Origin: Minisyncoccota bacterium
GTDB taxonomy: Bacteria; Patescibacteriota; Minisyncoccia; Phycocordibacterales; UBA2100
Length of the DNA: 64,000 bases
Direction of reading: 5' to 3'
NCBI GenBank assembly: GCA_035559235.1
Contig: DATMBM010000016.1
Span: 28,431-92,430, forward strand
Position 1 is the first letter of the stretch; the number at the start of each line of letters is the position of its first letter. The position numbers and the translations under genes were made by a program. Shown here in pieces: positions 26,601 through 35,368 of the stretch. A model generated the notes under the pieces. It made no database searches, was not told the DNA's origin, and worked only from the letters and a program-made list of their open reading frames with translations.

Positions 26601-27085
26601 AGTGCCCACCAGACAGACTCGATGTACGTGTTGTCCATCGTCTTGTACGAGTTGTCATAATCAACCCAGCGACCGATCCGATCGATATACTTTTTCCATT
26701 CGTCCACGTATTTCAAGACCATCGACCGCGCCTTCTCGTTGAAAGTCGCGATGCCGATGTCGAGGATATCTTTTTTTGTCTTAAGTCCTAGTTCTTTCTC
26801 GACGAGCGATTCGATCGGGAGTCCGTGCGTGTCCCATCCCCAACGACGTCGGACACGATAGCCGCGCATGGTCTTGTAGCGCGGAATGACGTCCTTAATT
26901 ATCGAAGATAATAAGGAGCCATGGTGAGGAAGCCCTGTCGCAAACGGCGGACCATCGTAAAAAACGAACTCTCCCTTTGGTGACTTCTTTTCTAGACTCC
27001 GTTCGAATGTCTTGTTTTCCCGCCAAAAAGCGAGTATGTCCTCCTCGCGCTTCGCCGTTTCGCTTTTGCCGCCCTGTTCAGCCAT
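23612..27085 (-). CDS. ileS: isoleucyl-tRNA synthetase (type 2-like) carrying a ~200-aa histidine-phosphatase (PGAM-like) domain inserted in the catalytic core
   Basis: HIGH region PPFATGLPHHG; WTISRNRFWASPLPIW; CWVESGSMPF; KMSKS-equivalent KISKSKRN; C-terminal anticodon-binding region. Between ...IWKSKEGKVMVVGSVEEIRQRV and ...EEYRRIPEVVDCWVESG lies VMRHGRADNN...SPFKRTRETA...ILIVSHGTPLW, the RHG...R...H...SHG histidine-phosphatase signature. The likely start is MAEQGG at 27085; the ORF extends to 27217. Confidence 0.93.
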   Translation of the reverse strand: MAEQGGKSETAKREEDILAFWRENKTFERSLEKKSPKGEFVFYDGPPFATGLPHHGSLLSSIIKDVIPRYKTMRGYRVRRRWGWDTHGLPIESLVEKELGLKTKKDILDIGIATFNEKARSMVLKYVDEWKKYIDRIGRWVDYDNSYKTMDNTYIESVWWALKQLWEKDLLYEGRKVLMYCPHCETPLAKAEIAQDNTYEDITEEAVTVKFKVRPTPKLFELGIGQDVHLLAWTTTPWTLPGNVALAVGADISYRAVQYEPGRYYLVAKERMPALGLSDPNSGYEFSGKNLIGLEYEPLFEVPALKLEKSYKVYAAEFVSTDEGTGIVHTAVMYGEDDFVLGQKEGLPMVQLLNPNGTYNDQVPEFIRGKYIKDAEKDIKRDLQERGLLFKRENHTHSYPHCYRCGTPLIYNAVSSWFINIQKVKAKMLSENEKVNWVPDHLKHGRFYNIVENAPDWTISRNRFWASPLPIWKSKEGKVMVVGSVEEIRQRVKKSGNTYFVMRHGRADNNVQDIVSSDVDADIHLTEEGKAEVREAAEKLREKNIGYVYASPFKRTRETAQIIAEALGIPHDRVVVDGRIGESQFGEYSGKTLEEYHAAFPDKMDRFTKAPKGGETYTDIKKRMMAFMHELEATHHGEHILIVSHGTPLWLLKSAARGLSKEETVMRRSAEYPEKGKVEAFDFAPMPWNAEFELDLHRPYIDDLVLIGDDGEEYRRIPEVVDCWVESGSMPFAEYHYPFENQDEFEKRAPGDFIAEYIAQTRTWFYYMHAMGVLLFNRLAFHTVVSTGTILAADGEKISKSKRNYTDPLELVDRYGSDALRLYLMSSPVMQAEDLRFRDEDVRDAHNRVIGILWNTFKFFDLYQREYDGITKPRASEHVLDRWIFARLDEVTADVTEAMDAYDTPRACRALREFVDDYSTWYVRRSRERVKGEWHDKHHSLATQREVLLTLAKLMAPIAPFLADSIYRGIEGGGSVHLESWPEPHSTGFFSRLFGGHKQDLILEDMAKVRAIVSKALEARDKAGIKVRQPLKKLVIKHAGLSDELLEVIRDEVNVKGVEQADIAEDIQLDTEITAELKEEGFVRELIRAIQGARKDAGLDPRDTVTLTIDAPKGQELIERNKTTIAETTHATIGFGTVHGTRQKIGDYDVALKLARE

Positions 27086-27108
27086 GTCGCGTATCGTAGC
27101 AAAGGGCG

Positions 27109-28128
27109 TCACTCTGCGCGAGACGTCTTCAGCCGTTTCTCCTTTTCGTGCCGCTCGATGGCGAGCCGGATGAGTGTGTCGATGAGTTTTGGGTAGGGCA
27201 TCCCCCACTCCTCCCACATCTTCGGATACATACTAATCGAGGTGAAGCCGGGGATGGTGTTGATTTCATTGACGAGCACTTTACCGAGCTTGGTGACGAA
27301 GAAATCAACTCGAGCCATCCCCTCGCAGCAGAGCGTCTTAAACACGAGCACGGCCATCCTTTGAATTTCCTTTACCCTTTTCTTCGGCAAATGTGCCGGA
27401 ATTTGAGGGATCATCGCCTCCGGGTCGAGGTATTTTGCCTCGTACGAATAAAACTCGCTGTTGAGTACCAATTCCCCCGGCACCGACGCAACCGGCCTCT
27501 CATTGCCAAGAACCGAACATTCGATCTCGCGGCCGTCGACAAACTCCTCGACGAGGATTTTCGTATCGTATTCGAATGCATGCCTCAGCGCCGCATTAAA
27601 TTCTTTTTCATTCCGTACTTTCGAGACACCGACCGACGAGCCGAGATTCGCAGGTTTTACGAACATCGGCAATCCTAATTTCTTCTTCGCGTCGGCAAAA
27701 CGAATCTTTTCGTGCGAATGAACAACGGCAAATCTCGCAATCGGAATTCCCGCATCGCGCAGAAGCCGCTTCATTACATCCTTGTCCATCCCGACTGCAG
27801 AACCAAGAACCCCTGCGCCTACAAACGGTACGTCCGCCAATTTCAAAAGCCCCTGCACCGTGCCGTCTTCGCCAAATGGTCCATGCAAGACTGGGAAGAC
27901 CACATCGAAGGTGTGCAAAAATCCAAAAATATCTTCGACACGCCTACCTGTTTCCAATAGTGATTCTTTCGCATACTTCCACACGCCCTTTGTATCAATG
28001 CACACCGTTCCAATGTCGTATTTCCTCCGATCGAGCGCCCTCACGACATTCCGTGCAGAAAGAATCGAAACTTCGTGCTCCGCCGACTTTCCGCCAAACA
28101 GTACCGCAATCCGTAGTTTCCGCTTCAT
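27109..28128 (-). CDS. ddl: D-alanine--D-alanine ligase
   Basis: MKRKLRIAVLFGGKSAEHEVSILSA... with an ATP-grasp fold; typical Ddl length of 339 aa. Confidence 0.92.
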   Translation of the reverse strand: MKRKLRIAVLFGGKSAEHEVSILSARNVVRALDRRKYDIGTVCIDTKGVWKYAKESLLETGRRVEDIFGFLHTFDVVFPVLHGPFGEDGTVQGLLKLADVPFVGAGVLGSAVGMDKDVMKRLLRDAGIPIARFAVVHSHEKIRFADAKKKLGLPMFVKPANLGSSVGVSKVRNEKEFNAALRHAFEYDTKILVEEFVDGREIECSVLGNERPVASVPGELVLNSEFYSYEAKYLDPEAMIPQIPAHLPKKRVKEIQRMAVLVFKTLCCEGMARVDFFVTKLGKVLVNEINTIPGFTSISMYPKMWEEWGMPYPKLIDTLIRLAIERHEKEKRLKTSRAE

Positions 28129-28153
28129 TTTCTGACTATATCAGTTCCAAAAC

Positions 28154-28765
28154 TTACACCAAACGCTCACCAAGCCGGTCAAGCGGTTCATGGAAATCCT
28201 TGATAACCTTCCCATTTCGGACAACGCTCCAGTCGCCAAAATTGTTACGCTTCAAGCGACTGTACACATCCTGTTCTCCCTGCAGCTCCGCAATGTACAT
28301 GTTCATCGTATATCCGTGACCGACAAACAAAATCTTCCTATTGTGATTTTCGGCATCGACAATCCCCACCTTTGTGGTGAACCGCTCTCGAGCGCTGGCC
28401 GCTGATTCCCACTTTCCGTCGTTGGCCTTAACCTCAGGATGCGTCAAGGCTTCTTTCGCAGTCGCTTCGTAAGTGTCGTGATCCATGAAATCGCCTTTGT
28501 CCCTATCCATTTCCGCGATTTCGCTGGAATACATGACTTCGAATTTTCTATTGGCTTCGCGCAATGTATCCAAAAGCGGCGCAATCGTTTGTTGCGCCTT
28601 CTTCTCAGTTGAAATGATGAAGATATCAACGTCGTGGAAAAATGTATTCTGCGCTATATCCTGCGCCTGCCGTGCGCCTTCCGTAGTCAAATCCCATTCG
28701 CTGATCGGCGTATCTTTATCAACTTTTGTTTCCCCATGCCGCAGGAAAATCAATGTGTTGTTCAT
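28154..28765 (-). CDS. histidine phosphatase family protein (phosphoglycerate-mutase-like), stand-alone
   Basis: LIFLRHGETKVD... (RHG catalytic motif) and ...ILFVGHGYTMNMY (second His). The start at MNNTLIFL overlaps the argS stop by 4 bp. Confidence 0.78.
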   Translation of the reverse strand: MNNTLIFLRHGETKVDKDTPISEWDLTTEGARQAQDIAQNTFFHDVDIFIISTEKKAQQTIAPLLDTLREANRKFEVMYSSEIAEMDRDKGDFMDHDTYEATAKEALTHPEVKANDGKWESAASARERFTTKVGIVDAENHNRKILFVGHGYTMNMYIAELQGEQDVYSRLKRNNFGDWSVVRNGKVIKDFHEPLDRLGERLV

Positions 28766-30441
28766 ACTTTCTCCGGCGCGGGAATGCCAAGGAGCCACAA
28801 GCCATTCTTGAGCGTGAGGCGCGTGATGTCAGCCACCGCGACTTTGTGCGCAGCCGCCGGAGTACCATCGAGGATCTGTTCTTTCGCGTACCAGCTGTTG
28901 AATGCGGACGCTATCATGATCAGATAATTAGCAACAATATGCGGCTCGAGCTGTTCCTGCGCCCGCACGACGGTCTCATAGAATCGGTAGACAAGGCGTG
29001 TTAGATCACTCGGCGGAGCGCCCGCGTCGAATTTCCCCTTCACTTTCGCCTCCTTCGCCTTTTCCATGATCGCGTGACAGCGTGCGTGCGTGTACTGGAG
29101 ATACGGCCCGGAGTCACCTTCGATCGAGAGCGCCTGCTCGCGGTTAAACACAATATCTTTTCCCATCGCGCCTTTCAGGATTTGGAATTTAATCGCCGCG
29201 ACGGCGATGTCTTGTGCGAGCTTTTCCTTATCTCGCGCGCGGCTCTCCGCCGCGCGCGCCTTTGCCACGTCGGCCAAATCCTCAATCAACGATTCTCCGG
29301 TGACGACATTGCCCGTGCGCGAGGACATCTTTCCTTCCTGTAGGCGCATCATCCCGTGCGAGACATGTCTCGTTTTTGCGGCGAGCTCCGGAAAGACTTC
29401 GCTCATCGCCGCAAGGAGCACCTTGAAATACTCGTTAATCTCATTGCCGGTGACGATCACCGACGTGTCGTACTTGAATGTGTCATACTTCATCTTCGAG
29501 AGCCCCAATTCTTTCGCCTCATACGTCGGCAGGCCTTCTGAATTCAGGAAGACGCGGGTGTGCAACCCTTTCTTTTCGCCGTCGTAGACGATGGCACCTT
29601 CGCTTTCCTTGAAAACGCCGTCTGCGACGTGTTTCTCAACCACCTGTTTGCCAAACGGCCCGGTCTCACTCTCGAAAAAATAGTAATCAAATTTCGTGCC
29701 GAGAATGTCGTACAGCTCCTCGAAATGCGCAAGTGACGTCTTTCGCCCTTCGTCGTACAGCTTGGTGATCGCCTTGTCGGAACGCTCGTACACCTTTTTG
29801 TTGATCGCGGTAATTTCTTCTTTTACCGGCGAACCATCGACATCCGCGGCCGCGCCTGCTGCATACGCGCGTCCCAACGCTTTCACATCCTTCGCACTTT
29901 CTCCGCTCTGCAGCAGCCCCCAAATTGCGCGCGCAACATGACGGCCAACATCGCCCTGGTAATTAGCGCGCTTCACGGTGGCGCCGGAAAACGCGAACAG
30001 GCGCGAAATGCTCTCGCCAATCGCGTTCGTTACGAGGTGGCCGATGTGGAATTCCTTAAATGGATTCGGGTCGGTGTATTCCACGATCACTTTCTTTCCC
30101 TTTAGACCGACGCCGCTGCCCCATTTCTCGCCATGCTTCCGTCCGATTTCCAGCATCTCATACAGATATTCCGGTGAGAGCGTGAAATTGATGAATCCTG
30201 GACCGGCGACTTCGACGCTCGCAACACCTTCGGCGTCGCGAACGGCCGCAGCGAGCTGTTCCGCAAGCTCGCGCGGGTTTTTCCCGAGCTGTTTTGCGTA
30301 AACGAGTGCGACATTTGAAGCGTAATCGCCGTGAGAAAGGTCGGCCGTATGTTCGAGCACAATGTCTTCGGGGACGACGGAACTACCCGCCCCGGCGAGT
30401 GCCTGTGCGAGTCGTTCACGAATTGAGGAAACGGGGTCCAT
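28762..30441 (-). CDS. argS: arginyl-tRNA synthetase
   Basis: N-terminal Arg_tRNA_synt_N-like domain, HIGH-equivalent region (PNPFKEFHIGHL), C-terminal DALR anticodon-binding domain. Confidence 0.93.
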   Translation of the reverse strand: MDPVSSIRERLAQALAGAGSSVVPEDIVLEHTADLSHGDYASNVALVYAKQLGKNPRELAEQLAAAVRDAEGVASVEVAGPGFINFTLSPEYLYEMLEIGRKHGEKWGSGVGLKGKKVIVEYTDPNPFKEFHIGHLVTNAIGESISRLFAFSGATVKRANYQGDVGRHVARAIWGLLQSGESAKDVKALGRAYAAGAAADVDGSPVKEEITAINKKVYERSDKAITKLYDEGRKTSLAHFEELYDILGTKFDYYFFESETGPFGKQVVEKHVADGVFKESEGAIVYDGEKKGLHTRVFLNSEGLPTYEAKELGLSKMKYDTFKYDTSVIVTGNEINEYFKVLLAAMSEVFPELAAKTRHVSHGMMRLQEGKMSSRTGNVVTGESLIEDLADVAKARAAESRARDKEKLAQDIAVAAIKFQILKGAMGKDIVFNREQALSIEGDSGPYLQYTHARCHAIMEKAKEAKVKGKFDAGAPPSDLTRLVYRFYETVVRAQEQLEPHIVANYLIMIASAFNSWYAKEQILDGTPAAAHKVAVADITRLTLKNGLWLLGIPAPEKV

Positions 30442-30459
30442 GCTGGAATTGTAGTAGGT

Positions 30460-31089
30460 CTAGCGGAGCGCGTCCTCTACCTTCTTGGCGATAGCTTCGG
30501 GAGACTCGCCCTCGCGGCACGCGACCGTGCGCCACTCTTTTCTTTTCGCAAGGTACGCGTACTCAGCCGCGACCGCTTTTTGGTATTTCGCATCTTGTTC
30601 ATTCGTATCGAGCTTGCCGCTACGCTCTTTGTGCAAACGTTTCCGCGAAAGCGAGACGGGGATAGAAAGATAGATGACACGATCCGGGCGCGGAAGCTTG
30701 AAGGAACCATATTCCAAATCTTCGAAAAATTTACGAAAGGCCTGGCGCTTCTTCGACTGGCAGAGCGCCGCATTGAATGCGAGATTACTCGTCACATATC
30801 GATCGCAGAGCACGATTCCCTTCTTGCGGGCAGCCAGCAACTTGTCCCGCATTAGCACCTGGTCTATCGCGTACGGGAACGAGCGGTAGTACGCGTTGAT
30901 GTTCCGAAAATCCCCGTGCTTGCCGCGGAGCGCATCTCGAATGAATCCTCCGATGGCGCTCGAATAGTTGGGAAAACTGAACACGGTCACGGTATGACCC
31001 TTCGCTCGAAGCCGTTTGGTGAGGAGCCGTATCTGCGTCGCTTTCCCTGAGCCGTCGAGTCCCTCGATAACGAAAAATCGCCCTTTCAT
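30460..31089 (-). CDS. tmk: thymidylate kinase
   Basis: MKGRFFVIEGLDGSGKATQ P-loop and DRY-like motif (LCDRYVTS). Confidence 0.92.
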   Translation of the reverse strand: MKGRFFVIEGLDGSGKATQIRLLTKRLRAKGHTVTVFSFPNYSSAIGGFIRDALRGKHGDFRNINAYYRSFPYAIDQVLMRDKLLAARKKGIVLCDRYVTSNLAFNAALCQSKKRQAFRKFFEDLEYGSFKLPRPDRVIYLSIPVSLSRKRLHKERSGKLDTNEQDAKYQKAVAAEYAYLAKRKEWRTVACREGESPEAIAKKVEDALR

Positions 31090-31205
31090 GGGGCGATTAT
31101 ACTGGCAAGCGAGGAGAAAGCGAAAGGCGTTCTCTCATTCTCAAAGCACCGCTTGCATACCCAGCGGACTGTCGTTCATTTCGCGAAGCAGACCAAGTAC
31201 CACGA

Positions 31206-31658
31206 TTACCGTGGGCCCTGCTGTGCTGCTTGTTCGAAGTACATTAAAAACGCTTTCGCCTGCGCAATTTGCGCGCTCCAACGTCCAACTGCCGATTGCA
31301 GTTCCTTTTCCTCCTCGTCGGTACGCATGTTTCGGTAATCAATCGGCGCAAGCTTGGCGCATATGTCATTAATTTCCTCCAACTTGGTTCGTATCTCGAC
31401 AGCACTGGGCATGTCTTCGATCCGCACATCGCGTGTCGCGGGGTTCTCCAAAATTGCGTTCAGTTGCGTGATGCAATTGTTTGATTGATTCCACAAACTG
31501 CGAAAATTATCATTTTTGAGCTTCTCGACGCGCTGCTGCGCCCTATCTGGATCAAAGCGAAGGGCCTTCAGATTTGCAGCCTTCGTGAACGAATATATGT
31601 CTGCTCCGCGCGAGCGGTCTGGGGTATTGTCGTTATTGTCAGGAAAATCCTCAGCCAT
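31206..31658 (-). CDS. hypothetical acidic protein (150 aa)
   Basis: ORF between tmk and rplK with balanced, protein-like composition and a helical prediction. No family recognised. Confidence 0.45.
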   Translation of the reverse strand: MAEDFPDNNDNTPDRSRGADIYSFTKAANLKALRFDPDRAQQRVEKLKNDNFRSLWNQSNNCITQLNAILENPATRDVRIEDMPSAVEIRTKLEEINDICAKLAPIDYRNMRTDEEEKELQSAVGRWSAQIAQAKAFLMYFEQAAQQGPR

Positions 31659-31683
31659 GCGCGCATTTTAACACGCGCAACGG

Positions 31684-32106
31684 TTACAGTTCGGGATCAA
31701 TTCCCATGCTGCGGGCAGTCCCGGCGATGACTTTCTTTGCCTGTTCAAGATCCTGCGTGTTCAAATCTTCCATTTTCTCCTGCGCGATCTCTGCGAGCTG
31801 TTGCTTGGTCAATTTCGCGATTTTGTTCTGCGGCTTCTGCGAGCCCTTCTCGATGCCGAGTTTCTTCAAGATGAGGCGCGATGCCGGCGGCTTTTTGACG
31901 ATAAAAGTAAACGAGCGGTCCTTGTAGACCGTAAGGATGACCGGGACAGTCTGCCCCATCAAGGGGCGCGTCTGCGTGTTGAATTGGTTGACGAACTCCC
32001 CAATATTGACGCCGGCAGGACCGAGGGCCGTACCGACTGGCGGCGCAGGCGTGGCCTGTCCGGCTGTAATCTGCAATTTGATGACTTTCGTGATTTCTTT
32101 TGCCAT
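31684..32106 (-). CDS. rplK: 50S ribosomal protein L11
   Basis: [43 protein letters not shown]... is canonical L11. Confidence 0.95.
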   Translation of the reverse strand: MAKEITKVIKLQITAGQATPAPPVGTALGPAGVNIGEFVNQFNTQTRPLMGQTVPVILTVYKDRSFTFIVKKPPASRLILKKLGIEKGSQKPQNKIAKLTKQQLAEIAQEKMEDLNTQDLEQAKKVIAGTARSMGIDPEL

Positions 32107-32111
32107 ATGAA

Positions 32112-32654
32112 TTAGAGACGTTGTACCTGGTCGGCTTCAAGTTCCACAGGGGTCTCGCGGCCGAACATGGGAACCAACACTTTAACTTTTCCGCGCTCTT
32201 CGTCAATCTCGCCCACCTTGCCCTCGAGGTCCTTAAACGGGCCGTCGACGATGATGACCGCATCGCCCTCGGTGAGATCGATCGCGTGGCGCACCTGTCC
32301 GCCGGCGGTGCGCTTGAGGATTTTATCCACCTCTTCCTGCGAAAGCGGCACTGCCTGGTTTGCCGTTCCGACGAAACCCGTCACTTGCGGCGTGTTGCGC
32401 ACAACCGACCACGCGTCATCGGTCGCGATCATGTCCACCAGCACGTAGCCGGGGAAGATTTTCTCGCGCACTTCGGTCTTGCGGCCGTTTTTAATCTTGA
32501 TCTTCGTCTCGGTCGGTACGACGACGTCGAAAATTTTCTCTTGCATGCCGAACGATTCGACGCGCTGGCGCAAATTGCGCGCGACCGCGTCTTCATATCC
32601 GGAATAGGTGTGGACCGCGTACCATTCCCTCTCTGTGCCGTAGGTTTGCTTCAT
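32112..32654 (-). CDS. nusG: transcription termination/antitermination factor NusG
   Basis: NGN domain ([14 protein letters not shown]...) and C-terminal KOW ([21 protein letters not shown]). Confidence 0.93.
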   Translation of the reverse strand: MKQTYGTEREWYAVHTYSGYEDAVARNLRQRVESFGMQEKIFDVVVPTETKIKIKNGRKTEVREKIFPGYVLVDMIATDDAWSVVRNTPQVTGFVGTANQAVPLSQEEVDKILKRTAGGQVRHAIDLTEGDAVIIVDGPFKDLEGKVGEIDEERGKVKVLVPMFGRETPVELEADQVQRL

Positions 32655-32655
32655 A

Positions 32656-32940
32656 TTATTCCGCGTCGGGGACGAGGGTATCGATATCGGGCGTCGTCGG
32701 GGCTACCGGTTCCGTCTCGATGTCCTGGATTTCAAACGGAGCATTTGACGAGCCGGGGAACAGTTCGACAACTTCGCCAAGGCCGGTCGTAAAGATGTAG
32801 TCGAAGAACCCGAGATAGAGCGAGGTGAGGATGGAGACGATGATCACGAGTGCCGTGAACACGATCGTTTGCACACGTGTCGGCCACGCGACGTGGCGCA
32901 GTTCTCCGCGGGTGTCTTTCAAATATTGTACGAATCCCAT
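32656..32940 (-). CDS. secE: preprotein translocase subunit SecE (with an acidic C-terminal extension)
   Basis: Single TM helix (VQTIVFTALVIIVSILTSLYLGFFDYIF) preceded by a conserved basic region. Position immediately upstream of nusG-rplK. Confidence 0.8.
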   Translation of the reverse strand: MGFVQYLKDTRGELRHVAWPTRVQTIVFTALVIIVSILTSLYLGFFDYIFTTGLGEVVELFPGSSNAPFEIQDIETEPVAPTTPDIDTLVPDAE

Positions 32941-32954
32941 GGTGATATCGGTTT

Positions 32955-32980
32955 GCCTAAATTAAAACCCCCTGCGGGGG
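32955..32980 (-). terminator. rho-independent terminator on the minus strand (ccccc-tgc-ggggg followed by U-run) between the SIMPL gene and secE
   Basis: Hairpin at 32968-32980. The plus-strand A-run at 32964-32967 (ttaaaa) reads as UUUUAA after the stem on the minus strand. Confidence 0.6.
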
Positions 32981-33088
32981 CTTAACTACGCGACGGATTG
33001 TAGGGCAGATTGCGCCGAAAGTCAAGCGAGAGCGCTCAGCGCCCGCACCTCTCCAAGGAGAGGTGCGGGCGCATTCGTTACACATCCA

Positions 33089-33883
33089 TTACCGTATTTC
33101 GTATGTCACGTGCACGTTTGAGGTGATTTTGTTTTCACCCGTCGGGAGTTCCGGGGCAACCTTCGATTCCATTGCTACGGCATCCAGCGCGACCGCGCCG
33201 CCGCGGGCATAGTATGGCATCGGAGGATATCCGTACGAATCTTCGCTGAAACCGACGACGCGGACAATGCTGACGCCGAGCTGCTGGGCGAGCGCCTGCG
33301 CCTTTTCGCGCGCCTCGTCGATTGCCATTTGGCGCGCCTGCGCCTGGAGCTCGTCCTCATCTTCAATCGTAAACGAAAGGCTTGAGACTTCCGAAGCGCC
33401 ACGACTGCCGACGCCAGTGAGCAACTCACCTGCTTTTTGCGGATCCTGCACCTTCACTTCGATCATCTGCCACACTTCGAAGCCGACCAGGCGCTGGTTC
33501 GACGGCGGGCACGAGAATTCGGTGCATACGACTCGCGTGTACTCGTATTTCGGATTCACGTTGTAATTGACGGTCTTGATGTCATTTTCCTCGACACCGG
33601 CACTCTTCAGGTACGCAATGATGTCGTTCGCTTTTTCTGTCGCTTCGTCCTGTGCGACAGCAACGGTCGGGGCTTCTTCACGAATAGTGACCGTAAATGT
33701 CGCGCGATCAGGTACTGCGAATACTTCACCGGTGCCGCTCACGCTAATCGTGTTGCTTGCGGTCACGCCGGAACCGATGTAGCGATACTCCTTAAATGTC
33801 TTAAAGGTCTGCGCAAGCAAGAAAAGCGCGAGAAGACCGAGGGTCACGGCGCCAATGCGGATAATAAGTTCTGGCGGCATCAT
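33089..33883 (-). CDS. SIMPL/DUF541 (YggE-like) periplasmic protein
   Basis: N-terminal TM/signal anchor, then the characteristic SIMPL layout (…FTVTIREEAPT…EKANDIIAYLKSAGVEENDIKT…LVGFEVWQMIEVKVQD…). Confidence 0.8.
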   Translation of the reverse strand: MMPPELIIRIGAVTLGLLALFLLAQTFKTFKEYRYIGSGVTASNTISVSGTGEVFAVPDRATFTVTIREEAPTVAVAQDEATEKANDIIAYLKSAGVEENDIKTVNYNVNPKYEYTRVVCTEFSCPPSNQRLVGFEVWQMIEVKVQDPQKAGELLTGVGSRGASEVSSLSFTIEDEDELQAQARQMAIDEAREKAQALAQQLGVSIVRVVGFSEDSYGYPPMPYYARGGAVALDAVAMESKVAPELPTGENKITSNVHVTYEIR

Positions 33884-34046
33884 GCGCATGCGGCGCTCAC
33901 CGCCCATTTGTTCATCCATATATACTCGTATGAAAACGAATGGTTATTAATGTGATACTAAAATGGTAGCACGACCATGTGCCTTCATACGACGTTCACC
34001 GTTGATATGTCTTACTTCCGGCTGGTGCTCTTTATTCGTATATAAC

Positions 34047-34076
34047 GACGCGGCCGCCCTTCGGGGCGGCCGCGTC
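34047..34076 (-). terminator. perfect GC hairpin (gacgcggccgccc-ttcg-gggcggccgcgtc) downstream of the DUF378 gene
   Basis: 13-bp perfect stem, 15 bp after the stop of 34091..34333(-). One of several GCGGCCGC-containing palindromic terminators in the window. Confidence 0.55.
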
Positions 34077-34090
34077 TTCATGAAAAACAC

Positions 34091-34333
34091 CTACATCATT
34101 CCACCCGGATTGCACATGCGGCAATCGCTCTTGTGCGTGAAGACAAGATAGACCGCCGAGAGACCGACGAGGAGGTACACAAGGCCCTCGACCATCGGCC
34201 AGGCTCCGAGGACGAGATTAACGAGGTTCCAGTTTCCGCCGAGGAAACCTCCCAGTCCGACGAGCCCCCAATTGAGCGCTCCAACCATGGCAAGGACGAA
34301 TGTGACCATGTGCAGCGTCTTATTTCCTTTCAT
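34091..34333 (-). CDS. DUF378-family small membrane protein
   Basis: VLAMVGALNWGLVGLGGFLGGNWNLVNLVLG matches the DUF378 consensus (NWGLVG...NLV). Confidence 0.75.
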   Translation of the reverse strand: MKGNKTLHMVTFVLAMVGALNWGLVGLGGFLGGNWNLVNLVLGAWPMVEGLVYLLVGLSAVYLVFTHKSDCRMCNPGGMM

Positions 34334-34417
34334 AGGAGAAAGAGATACGCATACTATATCGACCTTTGCTTCAGTATAGGCCGCTCATGCCCTACGCGAG
34401 CATGGTATGTGTACAAC

Positions 34418-34663
34418 TCACTCGGGCTTGGGCGGATGTATTGAAAATTCAATACGGCTGATCTCTTCCGATTGATACTTTCCTTCTGCGCCGACCACGT
34501 ACACTTTCAGGCCGCCACCGCCGCTTTTCGTATTGACGACTGAGAGGCTGAACTTGATCGGTCCGCGCACCGCGTATCCCTTGCGTGTTTTCAGTGCATC
34601 ATCGATGTCATCCAGCACGGAGTCTATGTAATCCTTGAGCGCGCGGGGTTTGGGTTTTGACAT
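34418..34663 (-). CDS. hypothetical small protein (82 aa from MSKPKPRALKDYID...)
   Basis: ORF trimmed to the first Met that does not overlap tRNA-His. Protein-like composition, no recognisable family. Confidence 0.35.
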   Translation of the reverse strand: MSKPKPRALKDYIDSVLDDIDDALKTRKGYAVRGPIKFSLSVVNTKSGGGGLKVYVVGAEGKYQSEEISRIEFSIHPPKPE

Positions 34664-34664
34664 G

Positions 34665-34737
34665 GGCGATCGCCGGGAATCGAACCCGAATCGAGAGCTC
34701 CACAAGCTCCAGTGTTGACCGTTACACCACGATCGCC
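34665..34737 (-). tRNA. tRNA-His (anticodon GTG) with genomically encoded G-1
   Basis: Manual cloverleaf: G-1 + GCGATCG acceptor; D-stem GTGT/ACAC; anticodon stem GGAGC/GCTCT; loop TTGTGGA; T-arm TCGGG-TTCGATT-CCCGG; 3' CGATCGC-C. CCA is not encoded. Confidence 0.85.
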
Positions 34738-34785
34738 ATCAAACATGTGTGTTATAGCAAATTCATTGCCTTAGCGCGAGACGCG

Positions 34786-34811
34786 ATGCGGCCGCCTGAC
34801 GGCGGCCGCAT
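34786..34811. terminator. perfect GC hairpin (atgcggccgcc-tgac-ggcggccgcat) between the DUF4383 gene and tRNA-His
   Basis: 11-bp stem; weak U-tracts on either strand. Could terminate the DUF4383 gene or separate it from the tRNA promoter. Confidence 0.4.
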
Positions 34812-34832
34812 TTCCCGAGTCCCCTCGAGAAA

Positions 34833-35231
34833 CTACATCGCTGTACCCATACCTGCCGGAGTCGCTGCTGCAGCCGGCGAATCTTTCATCATAAAGCCGG
34901 CGTAGAGCGCAACCGCTGCGATCGCGAGATGGAGCAGATTGTCGGCCATGTTGACGCCGAAGAGGCCAAGGACCGTGTCGCCCTGCACGAACCCGACGAC
35001 TGTGACGACGGCATAGACGACGCCGAATACCTGGAAGTAGAGGCGCGAACTATACATGCCCCAAGCGGCAGCAAGTGCCGCAAGGCCGGTGACGATATGG
35101 ATGATATTGTGGAGCGCGTCCACGTGGAAGATGCCGAGGAGCATCCCGTCAGTCGTCACCCCCGGAACAAAGCCCAGGATCCCGACAAGAGTGAGTACGA
35201 TACCAAAAACCCATGCGAGTGTTTGAACCAT
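34833..35231 (-). CDS. DUF4383-family membrane protein (start at MVQTLAWVFG)
   Basis: Four TM helices with the conserved H-rich motif (HVDALHNIIHIVTGL) typical of DUF4383. Confidence 0.7.
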   Translation of the reverse strand: MVQTLAWVFGIVLTLVGILGFVPGVTTDGMLLGIFHVDALHNIIHIVTGLAALAAAWGMYSSRLYFQVFGVVYAVVTVVGFVQGDTVLGLFGVNMADNLLHLAIAAVALYAGFMMKDSPAAAATPAGMGTAM

Positions 35232-35368
35232 ACGAGTCTCAACTATTGGAGTACCTAGTTGGTAAATCCCCTTGTATTGGCGCGGAAATGGCACCAACAA
35301 TCGACCATTGATGATTTCATTGTGGGGCCCCTGCCGCAGCCCCGTCAAGGAAGGACGGTGGATGACTG

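Noticed and set aside
32100-32792. 230-aa plus-strand ORF
   Set aside because: Antisense to nusG/secE.
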